Made by a program: the position numbers and the translations under genes
Shown: positions 49,602 to 62,899 of the stretch, one piece after another
Position numbering within the stretch: position 1 is the stretch's first letter
Layout: every line of letters starts with the position of its first letter
Notes under the pieces: model-generated
Database searches by the model: none
Told to the model about the DNA's origin: nothing
Seen by the model: only the letters and a program-made list of their open reading frames with translations
NCBI RefSeq assembly: GCF_001194135.2
Contig: NC_068989.1
Location: 38,837,041-38,901,040, forward strand
DNA length: 64,000 bases
Direction of reading: 5' to 3'
DNA from: Octopus bimaculoides
Taxonomy: Eukaryota

Positions 49602-50823
49602 CATCATCATCATCATCATTATTATTATGTGGGTGATGAATTGGCAGAAATGGTAGAGTATCAAACAAAATGTCTTTAGGTATTTAATCATGGCTGCTTT
49701 AAGACTGTTGCGTGTGGCTTGATTGATCATGATTCGATTGGCTGTCTTGTCATATGATCAATTACCTTTCTAAGAGATCAGTTACTTATTTCTGACTTTT
49801 CAAATTGAAACAAAAACTAAAACTTTATTAAAATGGGGCCTTCAAAAAATATATAAAAAATATTTTTGTGAGGTTTGTAGTTTATTAAGGATAGATACAG
49901 CTCTTGAAAGGAGGAGGAAGTGTAAGAAAAAACATGTCTTTCTCTTGTAGTTATACACCTTAGAGAGGAAGATGCTTATTGTTATGTTCCAAGGTATAGA
50001 TATATGGACAGTGATAATCTTAATAAGAATGTACTTCAGATGTGAAGGTCATTTTGTAAACGGTTCCTCATTGAAATGATAGTGAAGAGCATGAAACTCT
50101 TGAGTTCTATGAGGTAACCAGGTTTTACGGAAAATCCTTCAGTTCTAAACAACAATACAAGTAGAATTAATATAACAGCAATTACAGGGTATTACACTGT
50201 CAGCAACAACAACAGCAGCAGTGGTCAATAACAATGATATCTAGATTATAACAGCAACTGCAGTCACAGATTCTGTGGGGCATGATGAGCCCTGTGGAAA
50301 AACCTCTCAGTAAATGTTGTACCAATTAGAAATAGCAACCAAATCTTCCTCAGATTACACCCTACTGATAATGTAGTCCTGGATATAAAAGAAATGAGAG
50401 AGTTGTAGTGGAAATATTTTTGATCTAAGGTCTGCCTAGTCAAAGCTGACTTAGTGCTAAATTTGAAATAAAAAACAAAAACAGAACTATGTTGAACACC
50501 AAAACAAGAACTACTACTGCAATAAGTTTTTCAATATTTTCAACAAGGCAAACAGCACAAGCAATCAGAAGTACCACAGTAACAGCAATGTCGCAATCCT
50601 TACTCCTTTAAATTCCCTAGAAGAAAGAGTTACTCATTACTTCATTTGCAAGAATTGGTAAAGATTTTGTTACAGCCTCATTGGTGATGATGATGGATAA
50701 CACATCAGTTTTGATGATGTGAATTAAAAATGAGCAATCAGCAGAAGAATATATTCATTCAATTATGATTATATGCATCTTTAATTATCAATCTATCTAT
50801 CTACCTACACACCCACCCATCTA

Positions 50824-50899
<76 letters not shown>

Positions 50900-50901
<2 letters not shown>

Positions 50902-51170
50902 TGGCTGAGTTTTCCAAGTGAACTTGTACCCTTAACATAACCCTTATGTGCAATCAGCAATTCAGCGTGTGATGCACCTTGATGCTTTGAATTACCTGTA
51001 TAATAAATCTGAGTTTCATACACTTATGATCTATCTGGTTTCACTCACAGGTCTTGGATTGAACCAAAGTTATTGTAAAAGATAGTTACTGAGCTATGGG
51101 GTTTAATATTGTTGTTAGATTAGAATCTAGATTGTGAATCCAACTTCTTGAACATCTGGCCACGCTTTTA
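50900..51170 (-). mobile_element. Strongly decayed SINE family A
   Basis: aagtggctgag...gtacccttaacat...attcagcgtg resembles 54500-54570. Confidence 0.45.
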
Positions 51171-51918
51171 CTATCATAATTCAATCAGAATTAGAAATAC
51201 CATAGTGTATTGCTTGGATCCCATTTGCTTTATTTCTTTTTATTTCCTAGTGAAAAATAAATATCACTTCTACTTCACTGTTAAGTGGAAGGACATCCAT
51301 GGAAAATAGGTTGTCTATTAATTCATATGCAAATATTGAGATCAAACAAAGTCATATAAACTTCATCTTGCCAAATTATATTTCACTCTACAATAAAAAA
51401 CTTCCCTTTGAGTTCGGGTGGTAAATGCATCCAAATTGATTTTAAAATACAAATTAAATATTGATTTACAACATTGATGTTTCTTACAGAAAACGAAAAA
51501 AAAAAAGCCAGTCACTGCAGAAATTCTGCATACCACTAATCCCTACTTATCAAGTATCATGGCTAAATATGACATTTTTTTTTTTATTTATCTTACGGTC
51601 AGAAACCTAACCCTCTTTTTTTGTTTTTGTTTCCTCATATGGGGTTATTTACAAAGACTCGCTTGGATAGACATTAATTGGTTAGCAAGCTGGAAAAGCC
51701 AAATGTATGAAATGAAAGTTCAGTCACAAAGTAGAAAAAAAAGGAAACGGAGAGAATGGACAGACAGACATGGATTGATGGATGAAGAAATAGATGGATA
51801 GATAGATAGATAGATAGACAGAGAGAGAGAGAGAGAGAGAAATCAGTAGGTGCCTACACTAAGAGACTGAGAGAGAGAGAGACACAAATAAAGGGACTGC
51901 TTATAAGTTAGTACGAAA

Positions 51919-51984
<66 letters not shown>

Positions 51985-52249
51985 GAGTGTGTGTGTACAT
52001 ATACATTCTTCTCATGCACACACAAATATACACAATTAAGTAATGGTAGCTGACAGAGATTAATGACAAACATATGAAGGGTAAGTAGTTACACAGAACA
52101 GTAAGGCAATTTCTCTTTTTACTTTTTGTTTATGTAATGCATTGGTGAAAAATTGTGTTGTGGGTTATAAGTTTCCAACAAAGCAATCACTGGTTCAGTG
52201 CATTTAGAATTAAATAATCAGAAAGGTAATTCTCTTAACCTAAGCTGTC

Positions 52250-52620
52250 TTCCAGAACATTCCTATTTAAAGAAAATATATAATAACAGATGTAGAATAG
52301 ACAAAGTAATGAATGTAAAATAGCGTAAACTATAGAGTAAAGAGCTAATGTTTTTGAAAAGATGTTAAACAAGGAACTTAAGATTTGTATCTTTATCTCT
52401 TCTCTCCAGAACTTTCAGTCCTTTTCTATGAGACAGTATGTTTTTAAAACGGGCAAAGTCCCTACCCTTCCAATAACTGGCCAACTTTGGCACTTTCAGT
52501 TTCTTTTCATTGTACATAACCAACCAGTATAGGGTCAGCAGAACAAAAGCTGTTGGCTGTTCGTTTTTTTCCACCACACATCAGTTATTTTCATCTTTGA
52601 AATCTTTGGCAAAAGCAGCA
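52250..52620 (-). mobile_element. Possible piggyBac-like transposase remnant
   Basis: WWKKT / AFVLLTLYWLVMYNEKKLKVPKLASYW...RFKNILSH...DKDTNLKFLV*HLFKN resembles the W..T..EL.AF.GL....K.P....YW...RF..IL..LH...KIRPL pattern; no catalytic motif seen. Confidence 0.35.
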
Positions 52621-53319
52621 CTGCTTTAAACCATATACTCTTAATACCATGTTGCATTCCTCTTTAACCTTTGTACAAAAACATCACTCAACTAGTAGAT
52701 TTCATGCCATCTTCCACTGTTTCTGGGAGCAGAGATATGTAAACAATTTCCAGTCAAACCAAAACATTGGAAACTTTTTCAATATAACTAAAACACAACC
52801 CCTATATATATCAACAGAATAATCTAGCAAGAGAACACATTGCCCATATCAAATATTGTTTTGTAATTTATTTTACAAATTTCTTGATGTGAAATCATTC
52901 TAGTGTATGTAAACCCTTGTCAAGCTGGTGTCTACATAACTGTATTATATATAAGTGTACACTTATATATTTAAATCATTGCTGTTTAGTGTGCCTTTAA
53001 TTGATTAATCAATTAATTTCAGCTTGATAAAGCTTTGCACATACCAGCAAATTTATTATTTGCTGTTCACATATAGGAATAAGGGTACTGAGTGGAGCAT
53101 GAATGATGAATTCAACATAACTGATGAAGCATAACAATATAGATTGTCTGACAGCCCAATATCATTCAGAACCTAGTTCTGTGTGTTTTCATACACTATG
53201 TCCTTAAGGATCATCTTTCTTCTGGGACCATTACCACAGCAAAGGTCATTCCCCATTTGAGTATATCTTACCGTGTTAAATAAATAAATACATGGCTTTA
53301 CTTTAATTAACTAGATGAT

Positions 53320-53359
<40 letters not shown>

Positions 53360-53394
53360 GCTGCTGCTGCTGATGATGATGATGATCACCCTTT

Positions 53395-53601
53395 CTGCTA
53401 TAGGCACAAGGCCTGGAATTTTGGGGGCAGTTGGCTAGTTGATAACATTGCCCTCAGTGGTCAACTGGTACTTATTTTGTTGGCTCCCAACAGGATGACA
53501 AGCAAAGTTGACTTCAGTGGATGAAATATCACTAAAAATGGACAAAATACCACTAAGCATTTTGTCCAGTATGCTAATGATTCTGCCAGCTTGCTGCCTT
53601 A
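53395..53601 (-). mobile_element. SINE family B
   Basis: ggcacaaggcc...caactggtacttattt...gattctgccagcttgctgcctt. Confidence 0.8.
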
Positions 53602-54422
53602 ATAACAACAATAACAACAACCTCAACAACATTAATAAAAATGATATTAATAAATAGGAAATATGATCAGTGAATGTGTTTTTATCAGCAAAGTGATCCT
53701 CTCAAATTAAAACAGTATAAAAAAAATCCTCAAAGATATAACAAATACTTGTTCTTATAATATTTTTCAAATTTTTTATGGTAACTTTAAATCTGTAACA
53801 TTTCAAACACTGCTTCCTGAAGAGTATGCTTCCTTTTCGTTTTAGGATATATTCTTAAGCTTACATCAGTTTCTGGTGCTCTACAAAGCTATAGTTTAAC
53901 TTTTACTTGAGTATTATTTACTTATCTAGCGCTTGTAATGTTCCTACATATTAACATCTGAGACTGCATCCAAAGTAAAGTTATCCCTCATGATTGATAA
54001 AGATTCATTCACTAATATATTTCATTTATAGACTCACTGACATGCTGTTTCTTCGTTTTGTCTCTTCTATCTCTACTCCCAATGCCCTTTGCTTCACCAA
54101 ACTTACAAGCTGTATACTAGTTCCATCAAACACTCAGAATATACATTTCTTTTCCTTCAGTCATCCCAACTGTGTAGTATCACATAAAAATTCTAAGCTA
54201 AACTCTTATTTCAATTGCCCCTCCACCACTGCAACATCCAAAGCTATGTAACTGTGGGATGGAAGGATTGAACTAAGATTTCTCAATGAACATTAGTATC
54301 CAGATACTTAGGCCAAATACACCACCTGAATCAATCTCACCAGTGTCAAGTTGATGAGGGAGCTGCTGCAGAGTCAATAAGCCAGTTAGAAATAGAAATC
54401 AAATCTCTCACAAATCTCACAT

Positions 54423-54803
54423 GTGTGTGTGTTGGCACTCCATCGCTTACAACGTTGAGGGTTCCAGTTGATCCGGAACAGCCTGCTCGTGAAATTAACG
54501 TGCAAGTGGCTGAGCACTCCACAGACATGTGTACCCTTAACGTAGTTCTCGGGGATATTCAGCGTGACACAGTGTGACAAGGCTGGCCCTTTGAATTACA
54601 GGTACAACAGAAACAGGAAGTAAGAGTGAGAGAAAGTTGCGGTGAAAGAGTACACCTGGGTTCTCCACCATCCCCTGCCCGAGCCTCGTGGAGCTTTAGG
54701 TGTTTTTGCTCAATAAACACTCACAACGCCGGGTCTGGGAATCGAAACTGTGATCCTATGACCGCGAGTCCACTGCCCTAACCACTGGGCCATTGTGCAT
54801 CCA
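54423..54803 (-). mobile_element. Full-length SINE family A with (CA)n tail and 14-bp target-site duplication
   Basis: Near-exact reverse complement of 27236-27616; cacaaatctcacat at 54409-54422 and 54804-54817. Confidence 0.93.
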
Positions 54804-55149
54804 CACAAATCTCACATAGCATTTTATATAATAAATGGGCAACCATGACTGAATGCTTTTGATCATAGGTCTTCTAAATCTGGGATAATCAGGCATAAAC
54901 GACTGTAATGCCTTCCTGTCTGGGATGGTTTGTATAGTGCAAAAATAGCACTCTGCTTCCTCCTACAAATTTTGAAAAAAGTTTCTTATAAACAGTGATG
55001 TTATTGTTATTAGAAACATTATATAAGATGCGTAAGAGTAGCAATATGGTTTCTAATAGTGGTGAAAACCAATGAAATGGATGGGAAGGGCATAAGTGAT
55101 TAAGTTGACCCAAAAACTAAATGGTATTCTATGAATTCATCATGGATGA

Positions 55150-55350
55150 ATGTGTGTTGCCTAGTGGTTAGGGCATCAGACTTACAACCATCAGGCTGTG
55201 GTTTTGATTCCCAGATTACTCAGCAAAAATGAGTAGCAGCAACAGCTGAGAGATTTACTCTGAGATAGACTGGCACTCCATTCAAGAGTAAATGTTGCAT
55301 TCTTTGTTTATACACCATGAAAACTGGGATAAGCTCCAACCTGTTGGCTC
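55150..55350 (+). mobile_element. tRNA-headed SINE with a V-domain-like core
   Basis: Head tgcctagtggttagggc...ttgattccc like family A, but the body is gactggcactccattcaagag...catgaaaactgggataagctccaacctgttggc, resembling the V-SINE domain as I recall it. Confidence 0.45.
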
Positions 55351-55415
55351 ATGACACATCTAGGTCCTGTATGTAAACCTAATCAGATTTGCCATCTGTA
55401 TGTCAGTAAATATTG

Positions 55416-55629
55416 GTTTCAAATTCTGGGGCACAAGGCCAGCAATTTTGGGGAGGGGCTAAATTGATTACATCAATCTCAGTGCTCAACTGATACTTAT
55501 TTTATCAACCCCAAAAGGATGAAAGGGAAAGCTGACCATGGTGGAATTTGAACTCAGTACATTAAAGCAGATGAGATGCCGTTAAGCATTTGCCCAGCAT
55601 GCTAATAATTCTGCTAGCTCACCACCTTA
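55416..55629 (-). mobile_element. SINE family B
   Basis: tgctcaactgatacttattttatcaaccccaaaaggatgaaagggaaag...gaatttgaactcag; a more decayed copy follows at about 55680-55830. Confidence 0.85.
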
Positions 55630-56250
55630 TATGTTATTAAATATTTTAGCTTTGTAATAAAGCTACATGTTTTGGGGTTTATATTGATTCTCTCTAAATT
55701 GACTGATGCTTCAAATCTCAGATGAAGAAAAAGCACAGCTAACCTATTTGGGATTTGAACTTGAATCTTAAAAGACCATTTCTAAATACTGCCATTCAAT
55801 TTGTCCAGTGTATTACCAATTCTGCCTTGAACCACCAGTCTTTAGAATGATATTCATAATACGACCATTATAAATTGGATTAATTCTTTGAGAAATTTCC
55901 TTTGAGTTGATCTGATAATCTGACATGAAAAGTATTTCTTCCTGCAATGAATAAACTGTTCTCTCAATAAACGTGATAGAGACAAAACAGTTACTAGAAA
56001 AATAAAATAAAAAAACAAAACAAAACCCAACAACTGGATATTAATCAACAAAGCAAATACGTTCGTGATGAATATAAAGTAGTACAGAAAGCAACCAAAT
56101 CAAAACTTTACTAGAAAATTCTGTTCTTCAAATAGCGTTGGTGGAAAATGTTTGTGGACATTCTGCATAGCTGCGTGAATTTACATATTTAAATATTCAC
56201 AGACTTGCATACATGTATCTATCTATCTATTTATCTATCTAACTATATTT

Positions 56251-56326
<76 letters not shown>

Positions 56327-57345
56327 TATATATATATGCATATACATATATGTATGTATGTACATATATGTGTGTGACTGAGCATGTGTAACTATATATA
56401 TATATATATATATATGTGTTTGTGTGTGTGTGTGTGTGTGTGTATGTGTACATTCACACACAATATATACTTCATTTGTTAACAGAATCAGCAGTCTTAA
56501 ATTACGAATAAATTTCTGAGTTGTAAACATTTTATACTCAGTGTCTTAAATGTTTGCTGACAACTACTTAAACTTAATGTTCCAGGGAAAATATCTGACT
56601 CAGATGGGATCAAACTTCTTTCATCCATCAAATTTCTTTAGCATTAGTCACCCATAGTATACCAGAATTCAGAAGATTTGTTACTTGTGAGTGAATGAAT
56701 ACTGTATCAACATCAACAGTATATAAGAGCATTAATTGTGAATGAATATAATCAATATAGACGGGGCAGTAACTCTATTATACTAAAACATAAGTTAAGC
56801 GTTTTGATTGTCAGCAATTATTAAGTTGCAAAAAGAGACTTAAATGATTTGAAAGATCTATGAAGGTGTCTAAAATTTCAAGTTGGTGTTAGTGTTGTTG
56901 GATATTTTTTGAATGTCTAAAAAGTTTTACTAAATTATCCAGTTTTAGTGGTGTTATTTGATAGAGGATTAGTTATATGCTAAACATTGGTTTCAAAAGA
57001 GGAAGAGAGTAGAGAGTGAAGCTTGCCCAGCTGGATAAATTCCTGTGTTGTGATACTGTTAATCTGGTGTAAGTGGTATTCTCCTGTTAGACAGGATGAA
57101 TTCACGTGTGTGGATATACAATGTGAAAAATAATCTTTCTATGTTTAAGAAGTAATTGAGCAGTATGTATGTTCTGCCTACTATACATAGACTGTATTTC
57201 CACAGTCTATGTGCGCTTGGCATTGATTTATCCAGGGCTCTCCATTTGATGCTAGAGCTGATGGCAGTCTTTCAATTTCCAGATATGGCTTCCTAACTTT
57301 GTAGATTTCCTCTATAATGTGACTTATAGAAGATATACTAAAACG

Positions 57346-57386
<41 letters not shown>

Positions 57387-57496
57387 GCAAACATCTATAG
57401 TTACATTTGACAATAAAGTACAGTGGACAAAAGAGTAAATGTTAGACTTCACTTAGAATATTGGATAAGTTAGATTGAATAAGTTAGTGTCCATTA

Positions 57497-57680
57497 TTGG
57501 TTTCAGATTTTAGGTCAAGGTTAGAAATTTCAGGGTGGGGTATGTTGATTTTATCAACTCCCGAAAGGATGAAATGCAAAATTCACCTCGGCAGAATTTT
57601 AACTAAAGATGTACAGATGAATAAAATGCCTCTAAGCGTTTTGCCTGATATGCTAACAATTTTGCCAGCTTGCTGCCTTA
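57497..57680 (-). mobile_element. SINE family B
   Basis: cccgaaaggatgaaatgcaaaattcacctcggcagaatt...ttgccagcttgctgcctt. Confidence 0.8.
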
Positions 57681-57699
57681 CCCAGTGTCTATTATTAAC

Positions 57700-58330
57700 A
57701 ATAGTTTTAAATATCTTTGACATTTGTTTTGCCATACTTTCATATGTAGGTAGTTCTTCTGCAGCCCTTTATAATACCAATCAGCTTGGTCCTCTGTCAT
57801 CTCTAAGATCTCATCATTTGATCTCGTGTCTTCCTGGGTTTCCCTCTACATCAGCTGCAAGTGCCTGGTATGCAACGTTTATCATCAATACATACCACAT
57901 GCCTATACTTGCACAATCTTCCCTATTGCACACTGCATCAGTGTCCTTTTCTCTCAGTGTATTCTGTCTGTCCACTAACACTAACATTTTATATCTTACA
58001 AAGCATGCTTGCAATAACCACAAATCCCCAGCATTCAGTACCCAAGTCTCAGTACCATACACCAACACATTTCATAAACAATCATCATCAAGCAATCTTT
58101 TTTTCACTTTGAGAAGGAAACCTTTTTGTAACTAGTTGAGGTAAAAGCACCCTGAACATTTTCCAGTCAGCTTTTACTTTGGCTAGTATACTTTCAGAAT
58201 ACTCACCTCCACCACTAATTAAGTCATCTAATTAACGAATGCTACCAGCTAGTAAAAAGCCTTCTGGGCATTTGAGAGAATCTATTTCTCATGCAATGGG
58301 CCATTTGTTTTCTGTCAAATATGTGTTTTC
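57700..58330 (-). mobile_element. Decayed RTE LINE C-terminal fragment
   Basis: DSLKCPEG...LDDLISGGGEYSESILAKVKADWKMFRVLLP...LVYGTETWVLNAGDL (ORF 57814-58068). Confidence 0.82.
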
Positions 58331-58499
58331 ATTCTTGGTTACAAAATTTGACTGTGATATGGGAATCCAATTTGCAATGTCAGTTTGGTCTTCAGTAGTT
58401 CTTTGGAATATACATTCAAGTAATTTTCTGTAGAACATCAATATCTTTCATCAGTAACCCACTATCTGTTCTCTTCTTGGTGCCTCCCACTATGCATGT

Positions 58500-58900
58500 T
58501 TCTCACACCTTTAGCAAAAGTTTCAGCTTCAGTCATGTAGGTTTAGTCAGTTTAGTTCTTTCTTGAAAGTATCTGGCGATGATACATTCTAACCAAAATT
58601 TTTCCATTCATTCATAGATCTTAGAAAAGGACAAGAGATTTTCTAGCAAGAGATGTTTTTACTAAGATATTGCTTTTCTTTGTCTTCCTGATACATATTG
58701 TAAATTAGAAACAAATTGTGATTAATGCTGGTTTGTTCTAATATTTTTCCTGATAACAGGGTTTTGTTTTAGTGTCTTGAGTTCATGCTTTGAAATCGTC
58801 AATTTTCTCTCAAGATTTTGGAGTATAAAATCCCATACATTCTTGTTAAATTTTCCTCGAAGAGTATTTAAAGTCCTGTGAAGTTATTATTCACTTTATA
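58500..58900 (-). mobile_element. Possible CR1/L2-type LINE 3' end
   Basis: Only one motif: PFLRSMNEWKNFG*NVSSPDTFKKELN, like the FF.R.IN.WN.L...V.S.S...FK..L terminus. Confidence 0.3.
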
Positions 58901-59039
58901 CCTAATGTATATATGCCTGACTGCTTGCCTGTAACTACTTGTTCTCTTCTGCTTTTAATTACTTGAAGTCTTCTTGAAAAGAAGGAGCTGGTTTCTAACA
59001 CTGTTCCATCATTGGAATGTAGATAACAAAAACAAATTC

Positions 59040-59430
59040 TTACTTTAAACTTGAGAAAAGATTTGCATATTTTACTGTTCATTTACAGACTGTATTTGTA
59101 ACATGTGAATTAGCTGGTTGATTTCTTTTTCTGAAAACCCTAGCTTATCCAGATTGTCACTTAGGCATTTACTGGCAAAACCAAGTGCATCAAGTATAAT
59201 TGGTATAATTGTGAATTTATAATCTGGATACAGAAGCTGAAGGTTTCAAAACAGCTGTTCTATATTCATCCTCTTTCCCATTGATTTTTGAAGAGATATT
59301 CACACCAGCAGGGCAGCTAACCTCTATGTCAGTGCTTGCTTTTTCTTGGCTGTCCCAAACAATGTTATCAGGCCTGTTACGGTTACATTTGACAGAAGTT
59401 TTGATGTGAATGTTGCACCAATATTCCTTT
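59040..59430 (-). mobile_element. Dong/R4-clade LINE 3' fragment (restriction-like endonuclease)
   Basis: YWCNIHIKTSVKCNRNRPDNIVWDSQEKASTDIEVSCPAGVNISSKINGKEDEY then IIPIILDALGF...LDKLGFSEKEINQLIHMLQ / KICKSFLKF: the RPD...EVSCP...K..KY REL signature. Confidence 0.85.
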
Positions 59431-59499
59431 ATGCAGACATGCATCTATGTGGGTGCATGCACATGCATGCATGTGTGAGTGCATTCATATGTATGTATG

Positions 59500-61550
59500 T
59501 GTGTATTCAAACTTCAATTAGCAGAGTTAATTTGTTCAGTAAAAATTTGTTCTAATTGAAACTATGTTAATTGCACATTTTAGAATACAAGAAATGCTTC
59601 AACAATTAGTTTAAAAACATTCAAAGTAATTCTTTGAAGTTTGTTTTTTAATGCATTTTGATGCCATATTCCAAACTAATACAGCAATAAAAGATAATGA
59701 AAATGAATTTAGTATTCAGTCGTTTATTAGAAATGAAACAATGTGCTATACTGTAGAGTGCATTAAAACAAAGGGTAAAAAAAAAAAACTTTTACCATTA
59801 CATTTTCCCAGGCCATTTGAGCAAAATTTTTATAATTTTTCTTTTTATCTCTATAAATTTCCTGCAGCAGCAGCATACTTTGAGTTATGCCAAATGCATG
59901 TTTATTGGTAGTTAGGACTGATATCTATTATTAATTCCTTAAGACTTTATGAATTCACAAAACATCAAATCAGCCAAAATCCTTTACTGTAATTTCCTTC
60001 ATTTGTTCATTCTCATTGATATATTGCTTGTTGGATGCATCATATACATACTGTTGATCCAGTTTAAGATGGTCATGTTCAGTCAATTCTTTCAAATGTG
60101 ATTCAAGAAATTATGAAACATTGTATCATATATTTCCTTGAAACCAATTTTTCTTCTAATGGCTGCTATATATTTTTTTTTATTTCCTATTTCATCCTGT
60201 TGGTAAATGTCAGTGAAATCATTTAATGCAACATGATAAAATATATTTCTAAATGGGTCATGTTTTGTTTTCCTTTCACTTAAGATTCATTAATATTTTT
60301 AATGGCAACATTTACATTAAATTGTTTCAAATTTGTACCAACAAAATTTGCATTTTCTCCTATTTTAACTTCAAATGCTTATAAAATGCTTGCAAAGCAA
60401 AAACAAAAATAAAAAATGGAGAAAGATTTAAATGTAGCAATTACCTCTTGGCTTATTTGCTGTAAAATGACTGTTATGCTTGCAGGCAAAAATATGACTT
60501 GCAAGTTCAGAGGGATGTCCAGAGTCATTCTCTGAGTTTAATTTAAAAAAATACGACTTTTCTGCAACCAAAGAAAATGAAAATAAAGACCACTCTTCAA
60601 CAAATAATTTAGTCAACCATACTGCGTTGTTGGACTGACAAATAATGGTAAAGATTCTTAGTTGTAGCCTTTAAGAACAGTGTGGATCTGTGTGTGGTAC
60701 TCAAGCACAGGATTTGGCTTAAAGTCACCTTCATCATTTTCTTCCAATAAAAGTGTTAAGTAACTTTCAACACATAAAATTCAGGTTGCATTCTACAATA
60801 AAATGGTTTTTGAAGGTATTTTTTCCAAAATAGGCCTGTTTCATTCACAATTATTATTTTTATTTTGTTAAAATCTCTTCAATCTTTATTATTTTCTTTA
60901 AACATTGATATATTTTTCTGCTGAATTTTTGTCTGCACTTTGCAAACGTGAATTCTTGTTAAGAGTTTTGAATCTGTCAAACCAACCAGAACTAATGTTA
61001 AAAGTATCTTCAGTTTCTGCTAGAATCTCATTTTCTTTCATAAAGTTTCCTTTAATTGCAGAAAAGGAACTTAACGCTTTCAGTTTAATGGTGGTTCTTA
61101 GTGCTGTTCATCCACAAAGACAAAAGATGTTCTGCATCCAGCATGACACTCAAGTTGATACAGTTTTAATTTTACCTAAAAATCATGTTTTTCTCATAAT
61201 TGTTCACACTGTTGCTTCAATTATTCTTAAGCCTTATTTTATTTTTGTTTTACTGTCAACACATTTACATTTTCTTTTATAACTTTCAATTTATCAACTG
61301 GAGTTAACATTATCTTCTTTCCAACAGAGCCTCTTTATAGATAGTTATTGAGAATAGATTATGCATCTTATTGTATTTTGTGGAGTGGAGCAACCCAATC
61401 ACCACACAAAAACACAAGATTTTCAGTGATAATATCAAAGCATAACTATATAAGTTGACATCTGAGAATACAACAGAACAATTTAGCATAAATATATGTA
61501 TATATAAATAAACAAACACATAATTTTATAAACTTGAGGGTATGTACTGC
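59500..61550 (-). pseudogene. Tigger/pogo-family DNA transposon with a decayed CENP-B/DDE transposase (coding about 61340 to 59940)
   Basis: By hand: FNISSGWFDRFK; IVNETGLFWKK/IPSKT; GDFKPNPVLEYH; VWLTKLFVEEW; NDSGHP; VIFLPASITVILQQISQEVIATFKS; FNVNVAIKNI. Many stops and frameshifts. Outer limits and TIRs are uncertain (candidate cagtacataccctc on minus at 61536-61549). Confidence 0.88.
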
Positions 61551-61569
61551 ATTGACCAGAGTGTTGACT

Positions 61570-62830
61570 TTGAGGAGTAACCTTAAAGGATCACCCAATA
61601 TTGGAGCTTTAAGGCCACCTTAGATGTTTCTCACATATTTTCTTGAATTCTACCAATGTATAAATTCTATTGTGGAAAGCTCTTTTAATTAACAGGACTA
61701 TAGCATATACCCACTGACCTAAATCTAAGAAATTGTTCCATATTTGAGGAAACAAATATAAGATCTATCTTGCCATGGTTTGGTTAGAAACTGAATAGCC
61801 TTCTTGAAGTAAATCGATTTTTTTGTTAGCAGATAGCCTTGTGCTTGTATATGCACCATTGATTTCTTTACTTTACTAAAAATGCTCAGACAATTTTATA
61901 TATAAGAATTACAGAAATGATATTTCACTGGAATAAAAATACACCACATATGAAGTGAAGGTTAAATAGATGACACACAGAACAAGCTATTCTGTACAAT
62001 GTTTTTTTCATGACCGGATTAGATGATTCAAAGACAGTATCTATATCAGATTTGAATGTCTACACCATAGTATCTTTTGCCCTGGAAATAATGTTTTGTA
62101 GTAGCCATGTATCAGGAGATTACCTGATTTAATGGTTATTGGTTGTCAGTGTCTAATATGCAGCACATATTTCTAGTGTGGTAGAAAACATTGGATTTGC
62201 TTTTTGTGCTTGCATGTGCAACTGCATTACATTCTACAATGGAATGTGGGAATGGCCTGTTCTTCTGGAGAGAAAGTTTAAGAGACACTACAACTTCTTG
62301 TTGCTGAAATTGTTGTTTATCAGTTATTGTCTAAGGCTTGCATTGTAATATTTTGTGCTTCACTCAACCATATTGTAGTTGTGCCTTGCATTTGTAAAAT
62401 TTCATTTGTTCTCTGGAATATTAATCTTCTTCAATCAATGAATATGGTGGTATTTTCTTTTTTGGAAACCATTCTACATTTGTCTGTAAATCAAGCTCTG
62501 TAACCTAGATTTCTTTGGCTTGAAAGCTTCTTTGGCTTTGCTCATAGTTGTTATCATCCGAGAACACATTTTCTTAGCTTCTCATTTAAAGATAGCTGAC
62601 CAGTCAGCTGTGTTAAAGAATGTTGAATGTCCAAAATGTCTTTTATTTATTTATTTTTTTTTTGTGGCACCAAAAATTAATTTCATGATTTGTCTGATTA
62701 TCCAATGCTGATAAAAAACATTTAGTCTGATCAGCACTGGTTTAGTGTAAGGAGCTCAGATGTGGTATAGGTGTGGTATTTGCAGGTAGATCTGTTAAAA
62801 TAAGATCATGTATCTTGTCTCTTTTTGTTG
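61570..62830 (-). mobile_element. CR1/Jockey-group LINE ORF2 remnant (APE end, linker, start of RT)
   Basis: By hand: TKRDKIHDLILTDLP...PHLSSLH; FFNTADWSAI; NNNFSNKKL*CLL; IACSVCHLFNL...GVF...SVILIYK; LSIFSKV; WNNFLDLGQWVYAIVLLIKRAFH (decayed LDISKAFD). Confidence 0.72.
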
Positions 62831-62899
62831 ATTCATTTATAATCTACTGTAAACAAAGGTAGTGAAAGAGTTGTGTGCACTATTCATCTATGTCTGTTG

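Noticed and set aside
18622-56530. Many 60-216 aa ORFs rich in YI, HT, CV or X (for example at 18.6, 20.3, 23.3-25.9, 33, 42.5 and 56.2 kb)
   Set aside because: They are translations of (TA)n and (CA)n microsatellites and N gaps.
57185-57212. Perfect 11-bp stem with a 6-nt loop (acatagactgt / acagtctatgt)
   Set aside because: A rough estimate suggests about one such stem is expected by chance in 64 kb of AT-rich DNA; no supporting context.
57181-57350. Minus-strand open frame after a (CT)n acceptor-like tract
   Set aside because: The polypyrimidine tract is a microsatellite, the donor is poor and I recognise no homology.
61741-61800. IDLIFVS motif suggesting an APE endonuclease
   Set aside because: It is out of frame with the surrounding CR1-like RT motifs, and the APE end lies at about 62760-62830; coincidence.
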